Shown piece by piece: positions 1 to 7,271 of a DNA stretch of 64,000 nt (position 1 is the stretch's first letter; each line of letters begins with the position of its first letter). Source of the DNA: Bacteroidota bacterium (lineage in GTDB: Bacteria > Bacteroidota > Bacteroidia > UKL13-3). The DNA lies in contig JAIXWW010000021.1 of assembly GCA_027491085.1 (NCBI GenBank), positions 66,732-130,731 on the forward strand, in the 5' to 3' direction. A program made the position numbers and the translations under genes. The notes beneath the pieces were generated by a model. It made no database searches, had not been told where the DNA came from, and worked only from the letters and a program-made list of their open reading frames with translations.

Positions 1-253
1 TTGATTTGAGAATAGATTTTGCAGAAGCACTTCGCATTCCGCTTGCACAACAAGTAATAATAGGATTATCTTTTTTTAGTTTGCTTAAATTATTTTTTAA
101 AGTGTTAACCGGAATATTGATTGAACCTTTTATATGTCCGCCTTGATATTCACCTTTGCTGCGAACATCTAAAATTACAGCTCCTTGTTTAACTAACTCT
201 GCATAGTCTACTTTTGGACCTAATCCAAGTAAATTTTTTATTATGTTGATCAT
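1..253 (-). CDS. Rhodanese-like domain protein; the C-terminus runs off the left window edge
   Basis: My own reverse-strand translation from the ATG at 253 gives MINIIKNLLGLGPKVDYAELVKQGAVILDVRSKGEYQGGHIKGSINIP...ITCCASGMRSASAKS. It has a rhodanese active-site loop C-x-S-G-x-R-S. The ORF track omits it because no stop lies within the window. Confidence 0.75.
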   Translation of the reverse strand, partial: MINIIKNLLGLGPKVDYAELVKQGAVILDVRSKGEYQGGHIKGSINIPVNTLKNNLSKLKKDNPIITCCASGMRSASAKSILKS

Positions 254-257
254 TATT

Positions 258-542
258 TTAAATTGTTTGAGATTGATAATAATTTACATCCAACCAAGAG
301 CCACCATTACAGCATTCAATTCCTTGTTGAGAAAGGAAATGTGTTGCTTGACCGCTTCGGTTTCCGCTTGCACAGCATAATACCAATGGTTGTTTTAGAT
401 TTTTCAGTTCATCCATTCTTAATTGAATTTCTTGCAAAGGAATGTTTATTGAACCTCCTACATTGCCACCCATAAATTCATTGGGTGTTCGCACATCTAT
501 TATGGTGCCTTGTTTTTCTTTGATAATTTGTTCTGCTTTCAT
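258..542 (-). CDS. Rhodanese-like domain protein (single domain)
   Basis: The ORF is 258..581. The likely true start is MKAEQII at 542, which avoids overlap with the upstream gene. Motifs are IIDVRTPNEF..G...GSINIP and the active-site loop CCASGNRSGQA. Confidence 0.8.
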   Translation of the reverse strand: MKAEQIIKEKQGTIIDVRTPNEFMGGNVGGSINIPLQEIQLRMDELKNLKQPLVLCCASGNRSGQATHFLSQQGIECCNGGSWLDVNYYQSQTI

Positions 543-553
543 TTTATATTGAT

Positions 554-826
554 TTAACTTGAAAATTTTCCTGACAGGCAACTGGTAACACTTTTTAGTT
601 GCGTTAATAATCCATTCTTCTCAGTTGCTTCAGGGTAACCGATTGATAAAAGCATGTGCGTTATTTGCTCTCTAATTACAGTTTCATTATAATTTACTGA
701 AACATTATTTGTTTCCAAATCAACTTCTACTTTTTCAACTCCTATAATAGCGGTTAGTTTTTTGGTGACGGTATTTACACAACCACTGCAACTTAAATTC
801 GCTACAGTTATTATTTCTGTTTTCAT
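554..826 (-). CDS. Heavy-metal-associated (HMA, CopZ-like) domain protein
   Basis: The N-terminus is MKTEIITVANLSCSGCVNTVTKKL, with a CxxC metal-binding loop in a ferredoxin-like beta-alpha-beta pattern. Confidence 0.7.
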   Translation of the reverse strand: MKTEIITVANLSCSGCVNTVTKKLTAIIGVEKVEVDLETNNVSVNYNETVIREQITHMLLSIGYPEATEKNGLLTQLKSVTSCLSGKFSS

Positions 827-827
827 T

Positions 828-1031
828 TTATTCTGTTTTAGATTTTTCTTTTTGAAACATATTGAAAAACAAACCGCCCATCATTGCTCCATATAAAGTG
901 CTGTTTAATGGCTTTGATGTAATGGCACAAGTGCCACTTGCACAGCCCACAAAATGATAATACAAATAACCGCCTATTGCTCCAGCAATTATGCCAATTA
1001 GGGTAATAAGTGTAATATTTTTAAGGTCCAT
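828..1031 (-). CDS. Small two-TM membrane protein with a CxxGxC motif (DUF6132-like)
   Basis: 67 aa with two hydrophobic segments and GCASGTCAIT between them. It is tightly packed with its neighbours, only 1 nt apart. Confidence 0.5.
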   Translation of the reverse strand: MDLKNITLITLIGIIAGAIGGYLYYHFVGCASGTCAITSKPLNSTLYGAMMGGLFFNMFQKEKSKTE

Positions 1032-1032
1032 A

Positions 1033-1239
1033 TTATTGTCCTTTTTTTCGGGTAGATATGCCGAATGGCAAATACAGCGGACAGAAACTCATAAAGCTAG
1101 TAAGTATAAAAATACCTGCTAAAACTAATAGTACAATGGCTAAAGTGCCTGAAATGATGTTTGCGAAATACAAACCTGCGATTAAAATAGCTACAAGTAT
1201 TCTAACTACTTTGTCAGCTGTGCCCATATTTTGTTTCAT
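1033..1239 (-). CDS. YgaP-like transmembrane protein (DUF2892 family)
   Basis: 68 aa. MGTADKVVRILVAILIAG...FCPLY is typical of the DUF2892 pattern that accompanies rhodaneses. Confidence 0.6.
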   Translation of the reverse strand: MKQNMGTADKVVRILVAILIAGLYFANIISGTLAIVLLVLAGIFILTSFMSFCPLYLPFGISTRKKGQ

Positions 1240-1307
1240 AGTTTTAATTGTTTAATTAATTACACTACAAAAGTCCGATATTGAAATGAGCTGCACAGCT
1301 ACTAATG

Positions 1308-1928
1308 TTACACAAGCGAAATTTTATTTCTACCAAGTTTTACCAAACCCTCGTCCTCCATCTGTTTCAGCAAACGCGAAACCACCACACGTGCTGTTCC
1401 TAGTTCGGTTGATAATTGTTCATGTGTAACATACAAGGTTTGGCTTTTTGTCATTTCACATTTTCTTTTTATAAAGTTCAAAAGTCTTTCATCTAATTTT
1501 TTAAAAGCAATTGCATTTACCACTTCCAATAATTCTTCAAAGCGTTTGTGATACAAGCGAAAAATATAATCTAACCACTCTGGAAATTCCTTAATGAGCA
1601 AACTTACCTTGTCAATTGGAATAAAAAGTATTTCTGTTTCTTCCTCAGCAATGGCTTTTACTTTGCTTGTATCGTGGTGTAAACCTCCTAAGAATGACAT
1701 GATACAACTTTCACCTGCCTTAATATAGTACAATAAAATTTCTCTACCGTCTTCGTCAGTTCGCATTACCCTGATGCTGCCAGTGGTTACAATGGGTATA
1801 GCTTTTATGTATGCGTTTTCATTAAGTATTGTTTCGCCTTCTGCAAAGGTTTTAGAGAAACCAATCTCAGCAAGTTTTTCTCTTATAAAGGGGGAAGATT
1901 TGAATTCTATTATTTCGCTTAATTCCAT
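1308..1928 (-). CDS. Crp/Fnr family transcriptional regulator
   Basis: 206 aa. It has an N-terminal cNMP-binding beta-barrel (GESCIMSFL) and a C-terminal HTH (THEQLSTELGTARVVVSRLLKQMEDEGLV). Confidence 0.8.
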   Translation of the reverse strand: MELSEIIEFKSSPFIREKLAEIGFSKTFAEGETILNENAYIKAIPIVTTGSIRVMRTDEDGREILLYYIKAGESCIMSFLGGLHHDTSKVKAIAEEETEILFIPIDKVSLLIKEFPEWLDYIFRLYHKRFEELLEVVNAIAFKKLDERLLNFIKRKCEMTKSQTLYVTHEQLSTELGTARVVVSRLLKQMEDEGLVKLGRNKISLV

Positions 1929-2041
1929 TTTACAAAGTTAGGTTTTAATTTAGCTGATGTGAGTCGTATTCTAAATCAGTAGTATTTATGTTTGGCAAAA
2001 TTAAATATGCTGTAATTAGGATAGGTACAAGTGAATACTTT

Positions 2042-2635
2042 TTAGTATTTATCTTTAATTACCTTGGTGTCTGAAAGCTTGTCATGAAAGCCATTTGAAT
2101 CAAACAAAAACGAAAAACCATCAAGCGGAATAATGCGGCAAAATGTTCTTCTAAAAACATCATAAGTTTTGGGTTTACTGCCATCCTTCATAATAACATG
2201 GGTTTTTGTTATAAACTTTCCAATTGTTTTTTGCAATGAGGTTTCCATAAAAACATAGTAACTAAAATAGCTTATGGCTAGCATTAAATAAATATGAACA
2301 GTAGTTAAGCTAATCTCATAAATAATAACAAAGTATGCTATAAAATAACTAAGAAATGAATTAAGTATCAAAACCATAAACAAATCAATAACAAAATTTA
2401 AAAACCTCACCAATGTGGTAGGAGTGGCTTTATCTATAGTTGTTTTAACTTCCTGCTTATCTAGTAAATCAGTTTTTATGGTATCAATTTGTGTTAGGTT
2501 TAAATTTCGTATTTTTATCTCCTCTTCAGCTGCTGCTATAGCCAAAGGTTGGTAACCATCTCTATCCACAAAAACCATTTTAACAAGCTCCTCGTCCGAT
2601 TTTTTTTGTACTAAATTTTTATAGTCTATATTCAT
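2042..2635 (-). CDS. RDD family membrane protein
   Basis: 197 aa with three hydrophobic segments. The pattern GKFITKTHVIMKDGSKPKTYDVFRRTF matches the RDD-family motif G..l.g..v...dG...s......R. Confidence 0.55.
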   Translation of the reverse strand: MNIDYKNLVQKKSDEELVKMVFVDRDGYQPLAIAAAEEEIKIRNLNLTQIDTIKTDLLDKQEVKTTIDKATPTTLVRFLNFVIDLFMVLILNSFLSYFIAYFVIIYEISLTTVHIYLMLAISYFSYYVFMETSLQKTIGKFITKTHVIMKDGSKPKTYDVFRRTFCRIIPLDGFSFLFDSNGFHDKLSDTKVIKDKY

Positions 2636-2885
2636 TTTTTATCCTTTTATTGCTTTAGCCTTTAAAAGTATAAAAATATTTTTAAACCAGTAATTAGTTT
2701 TTATAAAACTCAGAATTGTAGTAACCATTTTATCGGTTTTGGATAGCTTCTATTAAGCAATATAAGTTTGCAATTACCGGTATTTAACTATTGACACTCA
2801 CAGCACCTAAATAAAACTAATTGTCTGAACTATGATTTGTTTGATTAAGTTGATTGACATGATTGAAGCTTAAATATTAGTGAAT

Positions 2886-2913
2886 GTCATTGCGATCGTA
2901 GAGAAGCAATCTC
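2886..2913. repeat. Short dispersed palindromic element of the gtcattgcga...agcaatct family
   Basis: The sequence is gtcattgcgatcgtagagaagcaatctc. Related copies lie at 11581-11607 (reverse), 40903-40928 and 40957-40984 (reverse). Confidence 0.7.
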
Positions 2914-2937
2914 AAGCAAGCAGATTTTTTTTCGCCC

Positions 2938-2969
2938 AGACCTGACAGGTTTCAAAACCTATCAGGTCT
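2938..2969. repeat. Hairpin element of the agacctgacagg...cctatcaggtct family
   Basis: An imperfect palindrome, agacctgacaggtttcaaaacctatcaggtct. A second copy lies at 32691-32729. Confidence 0.65.
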
Positions 2970-3287
2970 TTCGATAAATTAGGAAACATCACATCAATCC
3001 CACCTATACTTCATAGTAAAAAAGTATTCAAAAAACTAAGTACTTTGAGCTAAGTACTAAAAACTAAATCACGCAAAGCGTGAAAAAACTAAGAACTGCA
3101 AACTAATTTCCAAAAGCTCCATAGGAGCGAAACTATTGTAACAAAACAAATAAACCCCACTAACCCAAAGCCCCATAGGGGCGATACTTTTTCTTGTTGG
3201 TGATGCTTTACTAAACACCATATGGGCAAAAATCCAGAGACTTATTGAAATACTCACTCGAAAGATACGAGCGAGTGCCTGTAAAAA

Positions 3288-4199
3288 TCATTCATTACTT
3301 CCTAAAAAATAAATCGGGTGCAAAGGCAATAGATTTTTTTGCTCATCAGACAATTTAGAATAATACTCTTGCCAAAGTGAAATTAATCGGTCAAAATCAA
3401 TTAATTCTATGTGTTCTCTTGACTCTCTAGCTTCTTTTATTGCAGGTTTAGAAAAATTACCCGAGGTTACAAAAATACCTACGTCTGAATTTCGTTTTAA
3501 AGTACCTGCTAATTTTTGTACTTCATCAGAGGATACAGAATCTTTTGGCCTATGTTTTACTTGTACAATTATTCTAGGTTGTCTTGTTCCCAATGGGTCA
3601 GTATATGCAATAATATCTATGCCCCCATCTGGTCCTCGTTTAGCCACTTCGGATATGTGATAACCCATAGCTCGTAACAATTCAGCAACTAAGTCTTGAA
3701 ATTCATAAGGGTTTTTATCAATAATAAAATTTCTAATTTCGTTGAATGCAATATCTTCATATTGACTAATAATAGATTTTTGAACTTGACTACTATTCTC
3801 TTCCGTGAAATTTTCAATATCATCTTCTACGGTTTCCTTTTTTCTTTTTTTATCCCATTCTCTATATAGTTTGGTTGCATTATTAAGTAGTTTTTCACTT
3901 CCAAGTTTTATAGCTTTTTCACCTTCATCTGTAAGTATCCAAGTGCCTTTATTTTTTCTTAAATAACCTGCCTTTATACAATCTATAGTATAAAAATGCA
4001 TAATAGATTCCCATCTAATATAACCAGTTTTACCATATCTATGACTTTCATATTCGTCAAATATTATGGTTTCTCTTATTTTGTCTACAACATCCTTACC
4101 TCGCATTTCTCCTCCAGCTTCTTTAAGGATATTAAACGCAGCAAAAATTGTTTTCTCTGCTATTTGTTGTGATTTCGATTTATTATTTTCTTTTTTCAT
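3288..4199 (-). CDS. Mrr-like restriction endonuclease (Mrr_N winged helix plus Mrr_cat PD-(D/E)xK)
   Basis: 303 aa. The C-terminal catalytic pattern is GPDGGIDIIAY...RIIVQVKHR (D...Q-x-K). The start overlaps the upstream stop as ATGA at 4196-4199. Confidence 0.8.
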   Translation of the reverse strand: MKKENNKSKSQQIAEKTIFAAFNILKEAGGEMRGKDVVDKIRETIIFDEYESHRYGKTGYIRWESIMHFYTIDCIKAGYLRKNKGTWILTDEGEKAIKLGSEKLLNNATKLYREWDKKRKKETVEDDIENFTEENSSQVQKSIISQYEDIAFNEIRNFIIDKNPYEFQDLVAELLRAMGYHISEVAKRGPDGGIDIIAYTDPLGTRQPRIIVQVKHRPKDSVSSDEVQKLAGTLKRNSDVGIFVTSGNFSKPAIKEARESREHIELIDFDRLISLWQEYYSKLSDEQKNLLPLHPIYFLGSNE

Positions 4200-7072
4200 T
4201 TCTTCTTTTTTACTTTATCTTTAGTAAATAAATTGGCAGTATATTTTTCATAAAGTTCAAATAAAAATTCCATTCTACTAGCTTCACTTGTAAATGCTTG
4301 TGGTCTATATGCTAAATCAACTGCTTTGTCAAGTTCGTTATGCGCTTTTGATAATGCTGGTGGCATTGTCAAAGGGTCGTAAAGGTCGGCAAATGAACTT
4401 TCAGGGAATTGCGCTCTAATATCCAAAACTTTTTGTGCCGCTGTTTCAATAACTTTAACTTGTTTTTCGTTTGGATTTTCAGGCCAAGGATAATTATTGT
4501 AAACAATGGTATTTGAATATCTAAACCTACTTTCAAGTCTGCCACAGGTGTACTTTACCCAGGCCATATGCATGATTGATGTTAATACACCAAAATGAAA
4601 AAGTGTTATGTTTTCAATAAAACTAACATCAGTGTTAATAATCGTATTTGAGCTCTCGTAACCAATTGGTATATATTTTCTTCTTTCAGAAGACACGCTT
4701 GGAATAATAAGAAAATTAGTTTTGGGTTGTCTTATTTCAGTAAATAAACTTGGAAATTCAGCAAATTTCCTTGTAGTTGCTCTAGTGCTTTGTAATCGAT
4801 AATTTTTGACTTTACCAATTCTATTTAATACCTCAGGTAGAGATTTAATTTTGATTGGTTCTGCATTCTGTAACCAAAGACAGAAACGTTTTTTATTATT
4901 AATAAAATCATCTGAACCCATGTATTTCATGATATAATTAATAGCATTGGGTTCTTTTTTTATAAACTCATCCTTCTCCTCAATTGATTTAAAAATAAGA
5001 TTCCCTCCATCATTTGCCATATTACCCCTGTTTATTTCAGGAACTCGACATATTGGTTTATTGGTTTTAGTAATAAAAATATCCTTAGCATCAACTAAAT
5101 AAGGATTGATATTTTTTGCTTTTATTTCATGCGCTTCGCCTTTAATATCTTCATATTCAAATATACTTTTATTATTAGTATCAAAGTTAGCAAATCCAAT
5201 TATTACACAATATACAGCGGCATTTCCTTTTGCTTGATTACTCCATTTGAATGTACGGTGTGCAAAGTGTATCTTTATATTGTATTTGTTCAACATTTGC
5301 CCCCACAAAATGCTTGTTTGTTCTCCTTGAACTATCGAATTTGTTGACACAAATGCTACTTTGGTGTTTGTACCTTGAATGTATTTTGCTGCTTTTATGT
5401 ACCAACCTGTTACATAGTCTAAAACACCACTTCCGTCAATTCCTTCAAACTGCTTAACAATTTGGTCGCGCTGAGTTTGTTTCATTATTTTAGAACCAAT
5501 AAAAGGAGGATTGCCAATAATATAATTGTATTTCTCTTCTTCAATTCCTCTCCCTTTACGTTGTTGAATTTTTACATTAGGAGCATGAATTTCTAGTTGA
5601 TATTTTTCTTTAGGCTCATTTAATATATGAGTTATTTCTACTTCATCAGCGTATAGTTTTTTTACACCCGTTGTCTCACTTTCAAAAGTATGCCAGTTTA
5701 TTTCCAATGCATCACCATGCACTATGGTAGCAGCTTTTTTTAGCGGTAGCCTTGCAAAGTATTGTCCAAATTCATTGCTTATTTGCATGTTCATTTGGTG
5801 GTCAATTAACCACATGGCTACTTCGGCTATTCGAGCAGGAAACTCCTCATATTCTATTCCATAAAACTGGTCAATATTCAACCAAATTATGTTTTCAATA
5901 CTTGTTACTTGTTGGTTTTTATATTGGTTTCGCAATATTTCAAGCTCCAATAATCGCAACTCTCTATAAGTTATAACTAAAAAGTTACCACAACCACAAG
6001 CAGGGTCTAAAAATGTTAAATCGCGTAGCTTTTTATGAAATTCAGGAAGTTTATTTCTGTTGTCTTTTATTTTGTTAAAATCATTCCAAAGTTCATCTAA
6101 GAAAAGGGGTTTTATCAATTTTAAAATATTAGTTTCACTGGTATAATGTGCTCCTAAGTTTCTGCGTTCTTTCGGGTTCATTACACTTTGAAACATAGAA
6201 CCAAAAATAGCAGGCGAAATTTTACTCCAATCTAAATAACAACATTCTAATAAGGCAGTTCGCATTTTATTGTCAAAACTTGCCATTGGTAATATTTCTT
6301 CAAATAGTTTTCCATTTACATAGGCAAAATCGGCTAGTTGTTCATCAAGATTTTTAAAACGATTTTCTTTGGGTGTATTCAACACTTGAAACAACTCTTG
6401 CAATTTGGCAGCTAAATCACTTCCATCTTCGTTTGTTCGTTGGTCTATATAATCTTGAAATTGTTGTTTATTAAAAATGGTAGTGTCTTCGGCAAACAAA
6501 CAAAATAGAATACGAACCAAGTAAACCTCTAAAGCATGTCCGGTATAGCCTATTTCTTCTAGCCTATCATGCAGTTTACCCATTAGTTCGGCTGCTTTTA
6601 TATTGGCAGGGTCTTGTTCTTTGTAAACCTTTTTTTGATAGCCTAACAGATAACTAAACTGATCAACATTTTTTACCAATTCATTCAGTTTAAATTCAAC
6701 TATTTTATCTTCTTCAAGGTCGTAAAGTCTAAAGTTTTCAAAGTCACAAATCAATATAAATTTAGGTAACTCGTGTTGCTTTAAACCATGTGTATAATCA
6801 ATAGCTTGTTGATATGCTTTATCAAGGTTTTTACCCTTGCTTTTCATTTCAACTAAAATGGTTCCTTTCCAAAGCAGGTCTATATAACCATCCTTTTCAT
6901 CAAGCTTTTTTACCCTATGTTCAAAGGTTGAAACACGTTTACTACTTATGCCAAACACATTAAAGAACTCCACTAAAAATGGTTTAGCATCAGCTTCTTC
7001 ATTGCTAGTATCAGCCCATTCCTTCGAAAACTTTAATGCCCTATCTTTTATTTCGTTCCAACCTAATGCCAT
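4196..7072 (-). CDS. MmeI-family type IIL restriction-modification enzyme (N-terminal nuclease, gamma-class N6-adenine methyltransferase, TRD)
   Basis: 958 aa. The N-terminal IDLLWKGTILVEMK gives D-X9-E-X-K, the spacing of the MmeI nuclease motif. Methyltransferase motif I is LDPACGCGNFL and motif IV is IIGNPPF. A long C-terminal region follows. Confidence 0.8.
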   Translation of the reverse strand: MALGWNEIKDRALKFSKEWADTSNEEADAKPFLVEFFNVFGISSKRVSTFEHRVKKLDEKDGYIDLLWKGTILVEMKSKGKNLDKAYQQAIDYTHGLKQHELPKFILICDFENFRLYDLEEDKIVEFKLNELVKNVDQFSYLLGYQKKVYKEQDPANIKAAELMGKLHDRLEEIGYTGHALEVYLVRILFCLFAEDTTIFNKQQFQDYIDQRTNEDGSDLAAKLQELFQVLNTPKENRFKNLDEQLADFAYVNGKLFEEILPMASFDNKMRTALLECCYLDWSKISPAIFGSMFQSVMNPKERRNLGAHYTSETNILKLIKPLFLDELWNDFNKIKDNRNKLPEFHKKLRDLTFLDPACGCGNFLVITYRELRLLELEILRNQYKNQQVTSIENIIWLNIDQFYGIEYEEFPARIAEVAMWLIDHQMNMQISNEFGQYFARLPLKKAATIVHGDALEINWHTFESETTGVKKLYADEVEITHILNEPKEKYQLEIHAPNVKIQQRKGRGIEEEKYNYIIGNPPFIGSKIMKQTQRDQIVKQFEGIDGSGVLDYVTGWYIKAAKYIQGTNTKVAFVSTNSIVQGEQTSILWGQMLNKYNIKIHFAHRTFKWSNQAKGNAAVYCVIIGFANFDTNNKSIFEYEDIKGEAHEIKAKNINPYLVDAKDIFITKTNKPICRVPEINRGNMANDGGNLIFKSIEEKDEFIKKEPNAINYIMKYMGSDDFINNKKRFCLWLQNAEPIKIKSLPEVLNRIGKVKNYRLQSTRATTRKFAEFPSLFTEIRQPKTNFLIIPSVSSERRKYIPIGYESSNTIINTDVSFIENITLFHFGVLTSIMHMAWVKYTCGRLESRFRYSNTIVYNNYPWPENPNEKQVKVIETAAQKVLDIRAQFPESSFADLYDPLTMPPALSKAHNELDKAVDLAYRPQAFTSEASRMEFLFELYEKYTANLFTKDKVKKKK

Positions 7073-7175
7073 TTATTAAACTTTGTATGCTATTTTACTT
7101 GTGCCAAATATATTTACTTTGATTATTTAATTTAAAAATAATTTTAGCCATTAATTTACTAAAACCATCCTTTTT

Positions 7176-7220
7176 ATAAACACCACAAGCTACCTTTGGG
7201 GTAGCTTGTGGTGTGTTTAT
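7176..7220 (-). terminator. Strong stem-loop between the 875-aa gene and the RM operon
   Basis: aaacaccacaagctacc-tttg-gggtagcttgtggtgtgttt forms a stem of about 17 bp. The T-tract on the minus strand is weak. Confidence 0.5.
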
Positions 7221-7271
7221 TATATATTAAGAACAGATACTATTTGGGGTTGATAAAAGTATATCTATTTA

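Noticed and set aside
3069-3257. 62-aa ORF on the minus strand in the left flank of the accessory islet
   Set aside because: It is translated across the ccataggagcga / ccataggggcga direct repeats and other dispersed elements. It has no plausible start context and a low-complexity product. I treat it as repeat DNA, not a gene.
5129-5976. Several 68-74-aa plus-strand ORFs inside the MmeI-like gene. Similar antisense ORFs lie inside recG, ruvB, the M20 peptidase, topA, valS, acnA, parE, the 875-aa gene and the T9SS genes.
   Set aside because: They are antisense to long ORFs that carry strong motifs. Their products are low-complexity and typical of AT-rich antisense frames.
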